Shown one piece after another: positions 1 to 10,400 of a stretch of DNA of 39,268 nucleotides (position 1 is its first letter; every line of letters starts with the position of its first letter). The DNA lies in the IMG/VR virus record IMGVR_UViG_3300017747_003196, positions 1 through 39,268 of that record; one strand, written 5' to 3'. The position numbers were made by a program, and so were the translations under genes. This stretch comes from a virus. Taxonomy: Duplodnaviria > Caudoviricetes. The notes under the pieces were generated by a model. That model searched no databases. It had not been told where the DNA came from and worked only from the letters and a program-made list of their open reading frames with translations.

Positions 1-1
1 C

Positions 2-1108
2 CCCGACACAATGCTGGTTCACATGACCCCGGGGGAAGTACAGGGTCTTCAAGCACTTGCGCTGTCCCACGGCGGCTCCCTGACCATCAATCCACATACC
101 GGACTCCCTGAAGCTGGGTTTCTAAAAGATATTTTGCCTACGATTGTAGGAGTAGGTTTGACAATGATGGGGGTCCCTGCGTGGGGCGTAGGGCTTGGTT
201 CTGGGCTAACTTCCTTGGCTACGGGTAAAGACGCTGGTACTGCTTTGATGAGCGGGTTGCTAGCTGGTGGTGGGGCGGGAATGTTTGGTCCGGGCGCTGC
301 AGGTACAGGCGAAGGTGCGGGGGCTTTACTTAATGCGGGAGCCGCTACCCCGGGTGCATACGCGTCTACTCTTGGCGTTGGTGCCGAGCAAGCAGGGCAA
401 CTAGCCGCACAAACTGGTGGATTTGGTCTGGAAGGGCTTACACAAACCGCCGCCAGCGCTGGAGCACAAGCTCCAAGTTACGGGGCTACTCTTGCGGAAG
501 GGTTTAAATCAGCAGCCTCTGATCCCATGGCTTTTGCCAAAAGCAATAAAATGGCGCTGGGTGCTCTTGGTGTAGGGGCTCTGAATGCCTTGGGCGGTTT
601 TGAACAGCCAGCGCTTAATACCGCTATGCCCCAGCAGGAACGTTTTACCGGTAAGTTGTCAGGCCCTATTCGCCGTCCGTACGATCCAGATCGTAATCTC
701 TATACTGACTTCGGCAACTTACGGCCCACATACGCTGCCCAAGGCGGTAACCTCGACATGAAAGACGGTGGTTTTGTTGTGCCGGCCGACGTGGTCAGCC
801 ATCTGGGTAACGGCGATACGGATGCAGGGCTCAAAGCGCTGATGAGCAAAACCCGGGCAAAACCCATCAAAGGGCAAGGCGACGGCATGAGCGATTCTAT
901 CCCCGCGTCAATTAACGGTGTGCGGGAAGCCCGCGTAGCTTCTGGCGAAGCGTATCTTGATCGAAACGAAGTTGCCCGGATTGGCAAGGGTGATCAGAAA
1001 CGCGGGTCAAAGAAGTTGTACGCCATGATGGACAAGGTTCGCAAAGCGCGTACGGGCACCGCCAAGCAAGGCCGTCAAATTAACCCCGATCGGTTTGTGC
1101 CTGCATGA
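2..1108 (+). CDS. Gly/Ala-rich internal virion (ejection-type) protein, probably 5'-truncated
   Basis: Frame is open from nt 2 (PDTMLVHMTPGEV). Gly-rich hydrophobic segments, and C-terminal DGGFVVPADVVS/GDGMSDSIPA motifs that I recognise from uncultured podovirus-like virion proteins. First gene of the + strand structural block. Confidence 0.6.
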   Translation, partial: PDTMLVHMTPGEVQGLQALALSHGGSLTINPHTGLPEAGFLKDILPTIVGVGLTMMGVPAWGVGLGSGLTSLATGKDAGTALMSGLLAGGGAGMFGPGAAGTGEGAGALLNAGAATPGAYASTLGVGAEQAGQLAAQTGGFGLEGLTQTAASAGAQAPSYGATLAEGFKSAASDPMAFAKSNKMALGALGVGALNALGGFEQPALNTAMPQQERFTGKLSGPIRRPYDPDRNLYTDFGNLRPTYAAQGGNLDMKDGGFVVPADVVSHLGNGDTDAGLKALMSKTRAKPIKGQGDGMSDSIPASINGVREARVASGEAYLDRNEVARIGKGDQKRGSKKLYAMMDKVRKARTGTAKQGRQINPDRFVPA

Positions 1109-1527
1109 TGGTGAGTTTGGTGCCCCCGGGGCATGTGCATGAATGCTGGCCGTCCGTGCAAGAGTTTATGGACAAGGCGGCAGAGTATACGTTTGGGCGG
1201 TATCACGAAGACGATATTTATGACTTGGTGACGCAGAGGCCGGACTATAACCTCTGGGTTGCCTTTGAAGAAGGCCCGGTCTACTATGGGGCGGTTGTTA
1301 CCAGCATCACGGAATACCCCAACAAACGGGTGCTGGCTATGCAGTTTTGTGGTGGTGATGAGATAGACCGTTGGAAAGACCCCATGCTGGCGCTGCTGCG
1401 CCGCTGGGCAAAGGACACGCAGTGCAACGCCATCGAGTTTACGGGGCGCAGGGGTTGGATTAAATTATTTGCCAATGACGGCAACCAAGTTCAATGGGTA
1501 ACCTGCGAGTTACCGTTAGGAGAGTAG
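1105..1527 (+). CDS. Phage protein with probable GNAT/acetyltransferase-like fold, of the kind found among ejection-protein genes
   Basis: 140 aa, ATGA-coupled to the upstream gene. C-terminal 'GCxxIExxGRxGW'-like motif (QCNAIEFTGRRGW). Confidence 0.55.
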   Translation: MMVSLVPPGHVHECWPSVQEFMDKAAEYTFGRYHEDDIYDLVTQRPDYNLWVAFEEGPVYYGAVVTSITEYPNKRVLAMQFCGGDEIDRWKDPMLALLRRWAKDTQCNAIEFTGRRGWIKLFANDGNQVQWVTCELPLGE

Positions 1528-1528
1528 C

Positions 1529-4438
1529 ATGGGCAAAGGCGGCGGCGGAGCACCACAACCAACATCACAAAATGTAACGCAGACTAATCTGCCAGAATAC
1601 GCACGTCCCTACTTTGAAGACTTAATGAAGCGGGGGCAGGAAGCTTCGCAAGTTCAGTATCAACCGTATGGTGGCGAACGCACTGCAGGGTTTACGCCGC
1701 TGCAGGAACAAGCATTCCAAGGTATTCAGAATCTTGGACCTTCCCCCCTTACGGGCACAGGCGCAGGACTCACGGGATTGGCTGCAGGTCAAGCCGCACA
1801 GGCTAGTCAGTATCAACCGATGGCCCCCCAACAGACATACCAAGCGCCGCAATACCAAGGCATGGGGATCGAGTATCTGGGCACACAGGCTCCGCAGCTG
1901 CAGCAATTTGGTATGAGGCCTGCTGAACGTGTGCGTACTGGGTCTTTTGCACAGCCCGGAACGGCGGAAGCCTACATGTCTCCCTACATGCAGAATGTGG
2001 TGGACGTGCAGCAACGGGAAGCGCAGCGGCAGGCGGATATCGCCCGGACTCAACGTGGTGCGCAGGCTGTCGGTGCTGGTGCCTTTGGTGGTTCCCGTCA
2101 GGCGATTATGGAGGCCGAAGCTGCTCGAAATTTAGCTACCCAAAAGGGTGACATCCAAGCGCAGGGGCTTCAGTCCGCGTTCCAGCAGGCTCAACAAGGG
2201 TATCAGACCGACGCCGCGCGTCGGCTTCAGGCTGCTCTTGCTAACCAACAGGCAGGACTTACCGTCGGCGGACAGAACCTTGCGGCTGCTCTTGGCGTCC
2301 AACAGCTTGGCGCTCAGACCGGGATGCAGTCTCAACAGCTCAACCAAGCCGCACAGCTCCAAGCGCAACAGCAGGCACTGGGTCAATCGCAGGCTGCCAA
2401 TCAGTTTGCCCAACAGAACGCTCAACTCGCTGCTCAATACGGGCTGGCGGGGCTTCAGGCTGGGGAGCAGTCGCGGCAGTTTGGTGCTAACCTCGGTATG
2501 CAGGGCGCAGGAATGCTCGGGCAGTTGGGCGCGCAGTTTGGTCAATTGGGTCAGACGGCGTTCGGTCAACAAGCAGCAACTGCACAGGCCCAACAACAAG
2601 CTGGTGCCGCGCAACAAGCGTTATCGCAGGATATTCTTAACAAGCGCTACGAAGACTTTATGCAGCAGACGCTGTACCCGCAGTCGCAACTGCAGTTCTA
2701 CAGTTCGTTGCTCCGAGGCGTTCCTGTTGCACCGCAGCAGACCATGTATCAGTATCAAGCTCCCGCATCGACGGCTAACCAGTTATTGAGCGCCGGGCTA
2801 GGTGCTTACGGTGTTAATAAGATGTTTTCCAAAGAAGGCGGTGAGATCAAAGGATACGCTGAAGGCGGTGCCGTAAAGGGTTACGCCGTGGGGGGTAATG
2901 TAGCAAACCCGCAGGCCCAGTACGAGATGGCGCTGCGCATGCCGATTGAACGACTGCAGCAAATAGTGAAAGGCATGCCCGCCCCAATTGAGCAAGGCGT
3001 TGCGCTGTTGGTATTGAACCAGAAAAAGCAAACGCAGACCGCCATGGAAGGCGAACAGGCACAAGCGCAGCTTAACCAGCCCACCATAAAAGATCGCATA
3101 TTGGGTCTTAACGGCTTGGCGGATATGGACATCCCCGAAGGCGGTATTGCTGGTGAACCGGAAGAAGTTGAAGGCGAAGAACCGCTGCAGGCAGCAGCGC
3201 AGGGTGGGCCTATTCGGTTTCAAAATCAAGGTGAAGTGCCTTCTTTGATACCACAAGCATTGCGGGATTTATATTACCGCAAAAGAACGTACGCTACCCC
3301 CGCTGAAGAAGCCCGCGCGCAACGTTTAGAAATTGCCAAAAAAGAACCACTGTTGGCAGCAGCACCCGACGTTATGAGCGGGTTTATGACCGACCCCATT
3401 ACCGGGGTACGGATTCCGGTATCCGATGTTGTGGACCGTAAATACAGCGACCAATACAGCGAAGTGCCAAGCACCGGTATTGCTGATATTGTCTCACCCA
3501 AAGCCAAACCCAAGGCCAAAGCCGCTCCTAAAGACAGCGGTATTGCCGTAGGCCGCTATGCACAAGAACCAGATGCTGCAGGTTCCGGGCCTTCGTCGAT
3601 CTATCCCACGGCTACTGGCGCTCAAGCAGCCCCTCTTTCAGAAGATGAAATGATACGGCAATATGCGGAAAAAGCAGCCGGGTATATGCAAGAGCCGCGT
3701 GAAGCGTTTCGTCGTGCGCAACAGACAGCAACTGCAGAACGGGAAAAAGAACTGGCGGGTATGCGCGAAGAGAGCAAGGGCGTTGCGGCGCTGCGTGCTG
3801 CGGCTGAGCTTTCCAAATCCGGGCGTCAGGGTATTGAGTCTCTGGGCGCTGCCTTTGGTGCAGCTGGCGAAGCTGGCGCTGCCTTTGGTAAGGAACAGCG
3901 GACAGCACTGCGTGAGAAACGCGCAAGCGATCTGGAAGCGGCAAAAGCTGAGATGGCGTTCAAGCAGGGTGACTACGAGCTTGGCGCAAGGCTTATGGAC
4001 AAGTCGGAAGATCGTAAACTTAAAGCAGCAGACCTTGCAGGCATGAACGCCCGGCACGAAGCTGCCTTGGCAATGGAAGGTAAAAAACTTTCTGAAACTG
4101 AGCGTAAAAATAATCTTGATTACGCATATCATATGGCGTACGTAAGAGCGTACGGCGGTAATAAAGGACAGATAACTCCTGCGCTTGCCGCAAACATTAG
4201 CAATCAAGTTAGCGACGATATTGATAAACAGTTGAGCAACGCGCTTACATATCGAGATTATCAAAAAATGTACCCCGGTAAATCAAAAGCAGAAATAAAA
4301 ACAATTTTGGCTGAGCAAGAATTTAAAAAACGGGTACAAGCATTTGGGGGTATTGCAAATCTTGCTACAGCCTCAACTGCCCCGGCTGCTCCGTTAAACC
4401 TAAACGAATTTTCGATTAGAGAAAAAACCGGGAGGTAG
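1529..4438 (+). CDS. Gln/Gly/Ala-rich internal virion / DNA ejection protein
   Basis: 969 aa with RBS AGGAG. Motifs YMSPYMQNVVD and GAFGGSRQAIMEAE, Q-rich helical region, repeated xAxGG motifs. Confidence 0.65.
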   Translation: MGKGGGGAPQPTSQNVTQTNLPEYARPYFEDLMKRGQEASQVQYQPYGGERTAGFTPLQEQAFQGIQNLGPSPLTGTGAGLTGLAAGQAAQASQYQPMAPQQTYQAPQYQGMGIEYLGTQAPQLQQFGMRPAERVRTGSFAQPGTAEAYMSPYMQNVVDVQQREAQRQADIARTQRGAQAVGAGAFGGSRQAIMEAEAARNLATQKGDIQAQGLQSAFQQAQQGYQTDAARRLQAALANQQAGLTVGGQNLAAALGVQQLGAQTGMQSQQLNQAAQLQAQQQALGQSQAANQFAQQNAQLAAQYGLAGLQAGEQSRQFGANLGMQGAGMLGQLGAQFGQLGQTAFGQQAATAQAQQQAGAAQQALSQDILNKRYEDFMQQTLYPQSQLQFYSSLLRGVPVAPQQTMYQYQAPASTANQLLSAGLGAYGVNKMFSKEGGEIKGYAEGGAVKGYAVGGNVANPQAQYEMALRMPIERLQQIVKGMPAPIEQGVALLVLNQKKQTQTAMEGEQAQAQLNQPTIKDRILGLNGLADMDIPEGGIAGEPEEVEGEEPLQAAAQGGPIRFQNQGEVPSLIPQALRDLYYRKRTYATPAEEARAQRLEIAKKEPLLAAAPDVMSGFMTDPITGVRIPVSDVVDRKYSDQYSEVPSTGIADIVSPKAKPKAKAAPKDSGIAVGRYAQEPDAAGSGPSSIYPTATGAQAAPLSEDEMIRQYAEKAAGYMQEPREAFRRAQQTATAEREKELAGMREESKGVAALRAAAELSKSGRQGIESLGAAFGAAGEAGAAFGKEQRTALREKRASDLEAAKAEMAFKQGDYELGARLMDKSEDRKLKAADLAGMNARHEAALAMEGKKLSETERKNNLDYAYHMAYVRAYGGNKGQITPALAANISNQVSDDIDKQLSNALTYRDYQKMYPGKSKAEIKTILAEQEFKKRVQAFGGIANLATASTAPAAPLNLNEFSIREKTGR

Positions 4439-4440
4439 TA

Positions 4441-7400
4441 ATGCCGATTTATGAAATTACTGCTCCAAACGGACGTACGTACGAAATAGAAGGCCCTTCC
4501 GGAGCGAGTAAAGAAGACGCCGTGCGAGCGTTGTTGGCAAAATTTCCTGAAGCAGGGAAAAAACCCCCCGAACCCACTATGGGCGGGTACGTCCAAGAGT
4601 CTTTGAAAGCAATACCCCGTGGCTTTGTTGGCGGTCTTGAAAGCGCGGCGCTTGGCGCTGCAGCGCTGCTGCCGGGAGATACGGAAACCGGGTTTGAAAG
4701 GACTGCCCGGGAAGGTATCAAGGGTCTGGCTGAACGGTTCAAACCGTCCGTAGCCGCTGGCTACGAAGAAGCCATCCCGGTTAAACTGGCTGAAGCCGTG
4801 GGTTCTATGGGTACTTTGCTTATCCCCGGCGGCGCGGCGGGGTTGGCAGCCAAAGGTCTTGGCGCGGCTCAAGGCGCACAACGGGTTGCTCAACTTGCAG
4901 CCACTACACCGGTGGCTGGCGCTATGGGCGCTGGCGAAGCCCGTGAACGCGCTGTTGCTGCGGGTGCTACCCCGGAACAGATTCAGACCGCTACTACTGC
5001 TGGCGTCGTTCCGGGTCTGGCCGAGATGCTTCCGGTTGAGCGCATTTTCCGTAAGATGCCGGACGAACTTAAAGGCGGGATTCTGGAGCGGGTCAAAAGG
5101 GCGCTGGTTACCGGTGGTTTTGAAGGCGCGCAGGAAGCCGCATCTGCCATTGCGCAGAACCTGATTGCTAAAGGGGTATACAAGCCCAGTCAAGAACTGA
5201 TTGAAGGCGTTGGAGAACAGGCCGCATACGGAGTTGGTGCTGGTGCCATTGTGCAGTTCTTGGTGGACGCCGTCGCCGGTCGTCGTGCGCCGCCCAAAGG
5301 TGCAGCGGAACGGGCCCAGAGGCTGGAGGAAGAACGTACGGCTGCGGAGAAGCAAGCCGTGGTTGACGCGTTTAATGCGCTCCCGGGAGAAGTGACAGCA
5401 GACAAAGTAGCGGCTGCAGATCAAAAAATTGAAGCAATCAAGGCAGACCTAAAAACGCTGGGTAAACAACAACGTGGCGGCTCGCCCGAAGCCAATGCCC
5501 TGCGGCAAGAAATACGTAAGCTGCAACAAATTAAAAAGCTTGGAGAATACGGCGGCACGCAGACCGACTTGTTTGGGGAAGTGGGTGGTGGGTTTACGCC
5601 GCTGACGGCGCGGCCTGAAGCGACTACCGAACAAGACAAACAGCAATTCCTAATGAACTACCGCCGGGCGCTGAATGACCTTGAGCAAATCAGCGCGCAG
5701 AAAGCCCAAGCGGAAGAAATGAATAACCAAGCGGCTATCAGCTACTTTGGTCGGTTGGAGCAGCAGCGCAAAGCTGCGCTGGATGCGTTTGAAGAGCAAG
5801 GCAAAAAACTTGGCGTATCCGAAGACGAGCTTAGCGTGGCATCGCGCGGTGTTGTGGGGCAGCTTCAATCTCTGCGCAACCGCCAGAAAACGCTCAACAG
5901 CAAAGGCAATTACGACGAAGCCGCAGCACTGCAGCCTCGTATTGAAACTTTAGAGCAACAGCTTGCAGAGACTACGGGTACCCCGCTGGAGCGGGAAGCC
6001 GGCCAGCGCGCTGAACGGCAAGCCGGGTTGTTTGCCGAAGAAATGGAAGCAAAGCCGTATCCGTCAGTAGCACCCAAAGTTGCGCAACCAGAAGTACCGC
6101 CCGAAGTTGCTGCGAAACTGGAACAGCTTCAAGGACAACGCGCGCAGCTTGTAGATCAAAAGAAAACTACGTCTGGTGCCCGCGCAAAATACATCCAGAA
6201 TCAGATAGACGCCTTAGATCAAGACATTAACGCGTTGCAGCAACAAGGAATTGCATCTGGCGAGTATGCAAGCGGCGCAGTTTTTGGTGAACAGGCGCTG
6301 GAACAACTGACTGAAGCCCAAGAAGCGCGACTGCAACAAGCGCGGGACGTGTTCAACACCCAACGTCAACAGCGAGCGGAGGAAGCCGGGTTGGAGCAAG
6401 CCGGGGCTCGGGCTGAAGTGTTGGCTAAAGAAGCTCCGCTTGAAGCCATTTTGATTGGTAAAGGCATCAAGCTTCGTGAGACGGACGTACGGCGTAAGTA
6501 TCTTGAACGTGTTCAGGCTAACATTGACTCGGGAAAAATCACCACACAGGTAGCATCGCTGCTGGGCTTGCCCAGTGGGGGTATTGATCTTTCGCAACCG
6601 GAGCAGGCGCAACGGGCTCTGCCAACGATTGAAGCGCGACTGCGAGAACTGATGAGTACGCGCAACAATGAGTTCCCAAATATGGAGTTGGTTAAGGATG
6701 GCGCATTGACCAAGGCGGGCACGCAGCTTGTTGGCGTCGAAGCCACGATTGGGGAGTTGAGACGCCTGCAAAGCGTTGCAAGACAATACGCCCAAGAACT
6801 GAGCCCTGCAGAAGCTGGGCTGACTGGCGTGTTTGAAACAGTCGCCGGTAAAGAGACAAAGCAGGAGAGTGAAGAGGCGATCCGCAAACGTGCTTCGGAC
6901 ATCAACAAGTTTGCCGAGCAGCGTAAGACCCAGATGTTTAACTGGGGTAATGAGATTGACTCGTTGCGTAAAGGGGACGACAAAAACGACGTTTCCCGTA
7001 AAGCCGCAGAATTGCGGGCTAAGCAAGTAGCTCTTCTAGCTCGCATGGAAGCGGTTAAGCGTGTTCAGCAAATGGGCGCGGAAATGCCTGTTGAAGCACA
7101 GCAGCAGCTGGAAGAAGAGATCGGCGCTTGGTTGGGGCGCATCACAAATAACGCAAAGCCGGGTGAACCGGCAGGTGCCTTTAAAACGGCACTGAAAGAA
7201 GCGGGGGTTGGTAAGGAAGGGGCGATCGAGCGCGGCATGACCATTGCTGATACCAAAGAGGGGGAGCTGGCGCGACTGCAACAGGGCGTTGATCGTATGA
7301 TCAATAATGCGGTTGAGAAGTTTAAGCCTACCAAGCCTAAGAAGAAGGTTGGTCCGTTCGGGCTTACGCAGCAGTCTGCTGCAGTGCTTTCGCAGCGCTA

Positions 7401-10400
7401 TGACGAGCAACAAGCGGCTGCGGAACCGGAAGCTGCGCCGGAGCCCGATCTTAGCGGTAAACAACGGGAGATGTTCCCGGGGTCTATTACCGAGGTCACC
7501 AAGAAAAAACAGGCTGTTGCAAAGCGTGCAGCCACGATTGCGGCTAAGAAAACGCAGCGGCAGGAAGAGACCAAAGCATTGATGCAAAAAGCCGCTGCAT
7601 TAGCGGCGGAAAAGCAGGCCGAGAAAGCGGAGAAACAGAAAGCCGCGACACGACGGGCGACGGTTAAAGGCTTTTGGGAAAAACTGAGGTCTTACAAAAA
7701 AGATACGGCGGAGCGCAATCTCAAAGAACGGGCAATCAGCCTGCGCACGTTTCAGGACAAACTAAAAGCCGAAATTGCTGAAGTTGAAGCAGAACAAAAA
7801 ACAGAGCGCCAAGCAGATATACGGCTGAGCAGCTTGGCCAGCTTGGGTAAGATTACTCACGTAAAATTTGGCGCAAGCACCGAACAACATTTGAAAGTGC
7901 TACGCACACAGCTGGCGGCAGTAACGGACAAACTAGCGCAGACAGAGCGCCGTGTGGCCCAACTTGTGCAGCGTGATACGCAGGCAGCAGAGGCGAAAGC
8001 ACAAAAAAAAGCAAAAACAACCACGTTTGTTCCGGCGGGGCAAGTAGTAACCCCTGAAGATACGCGCCCTCTCGCTAAAAAAATAACTTCAGAAGAGCAA
8101 GCCGCCCGCGACGCTCTTGCAAATATACGGGAACGTGTTGAGACACAAGAAAGGTTTGTTGCAGAAACCGAGGATGCGATAGACACGGAGCTAAAGCGTA
8201 TTGATGACATACTGGCTGAAGACTTTGCCGACACTATTAAAGGGCGCGGGTACGCTAGGCAGGACTTGGAGTTGCTTGCGGACATGGAGTTTGCGGCGGG
8301 GTTATCTGACGCGGATGTTGCTAAGCTTAAGACTGAAGCCCGAGGTAACGTACGTTTTGCAAACGCGTATAGAAAATTAGTAGCGCGTGAGAGCTACAGA
8401 CAGAAACTGCGGAAAGAAAGCGCCATACTGCAACAGGCCAAAGCGGACTTGAAGCCGTTTAGGAACCAGCTAAAGGCGCTTCAGAAACAAGAAGCATCGC
8501 TGGCTCAGGAACAGCGCGTAAAAGCTTTGCGGGCAAGGGTATTGAAATTTCTTGATACCTTAGCTGCTAGTATGAGCCGCACAGAAGAAGCAGGTGCTGC
8601 TGAGACTAGGCGTGTGAAAGACGTGCTGGCGGATATCGCGCAAGGAAAGATTAAAGGGTCTGAAGGTCTGCGCGGCGTCCCCAAGAAGACGCTTACGCTT
8701 AAAGAAGAGAAGGAAGTCGCAGACCTTGAAGACCAGCTACGTAAAATAGACCCGAAGAAACGCGCTGCGGCAAAGCTGCGCATGCGGATCAAAGAAATCA
8801 AGCGGACCATTGGGGTCGTTTACCAGCAGAAAATGCTGGAAGGCCCGATGGATTTATCGGAAATAGAGGCGGCGCAAACGGATATTGAAACTGGTACAAC
8901 CGCAAAGGAGCGTGCTAAGGAGGCTGCGCAAGAAGAAATACTGTTAAAGTTGCGTCGTCAACGAGCTGCGCTTGCAGCCAAAGTAACAAAAGCTACCGAG
9001 GATCGTAAACTTGGTACAAATGAAAATATAAAAGCCCGCACCGCTGATGTAGCAAAAGCTACGGAAGCTTTGGAAAGCTCCAAAAAAGCGGCGGCTGAAG
9101 TCGCCAGTCTTGGTGATACGGCGTCAGGTAAAGCGTGGGCGGAAGCGGCAAAAGTCAGGCAAAGAGAGGCGGACCTTCTCAGTGCTAAGAAAGCCCTTGA
9201 ACGCGCAAAAGAAGTGCGGGCGCTGTTAGGTCGTGGCGCAGAGACGTTGGCAAAAATGACCAAGACGCTGAGCGATGCGGGGCTCGTCATAACAAGCAAT
9301 GCTAAAAAGACGGCAGTGGCGCAGACCCGCGCCGTGCGAGATACACTATCTGCAGAAGGACGTGCCGGTAAGCGCACTCTACAACCCCTGCGCACAGGCA
9401 TAACAGAAGAAACGGCTATTTTTCCGCCTGAACAGGAAACAGACTTCCGCGACGCCACCGACGCAGACACCGGGGTTGATGCTGGCGAAGCCAAAACCGT
9501 TGCTGACCGGGTGCAGAAAGCACTGCCGGAGGGGATAAAGTTTGTCTACGCCCCGACACTAGTCGATGCCCCCGCCGCCTTTAGGAAAGCACTGGAGCGT
9601 AGCGGCCGCACTGCAGCCAAGGGCGCGGTCATGCCAGACGGCACGGTTATCGTAATTGGGGAGGCGCACAAATCTACGGCCGACCTGCAGGAAACCATCG
9701 CCCACGAACTGATCGGCCACTACGGCGCTGACATGGTGCTCGGCAAGGATGGGGTGCAGGCGCTTACGGACAAACTGTTTGGGCGCGGTCTGGATCACGT
9801 AGCCGAGGTGGCTGTGGGGCTGGGTGTTTACCCGGACGTTGCTTCGGCGCGAATAGCGTTGGGGGCTTCAAAACCGCAAGTAAACATGACTCGTAGGCGT
9901 TTACTGCAGGCTGCGGGTGCTGCGATTGCTAAACCCGTAATGCCCTTAGACGTAAGCAAAGCATTTGAAATAACCGACCCTAAAGCTGCCCTTGATGATC
10001 TCTACGATGCGTGGAGAAAAGCCGATAAGTGGGTAAAAAAAATAGTAAAAATGCTTCCTTCGTCTTTGCAAGAAGAAGCAAAAGATGTTTTGCATACTAC
10101 GCTGTATAGAATTGGGGGCGAAAATTTTTACGAAGCGTGGACAAATCAAGGGGAAGATTGGGTCACGGCATCTTTGATAGAAGAAGCTGTTGAAAAAGAA
10201 GGTGTAAAGACATTAACAGCTAATATCAAACGGGCCTACGATGTTGCCGCAGCCGACATTGCTGCATTGGTAAAACCGCAAGCGTCCAAACAGGAAACTA
10301 AAGAAACCGCCGCAACACAAGATTTTTCTGATGCTTTTAAAACTACATTTGTCCGAGAGCTTATCGCCCGGGCTGCGGAAGGACGGCGCGTCGCCCCCAC

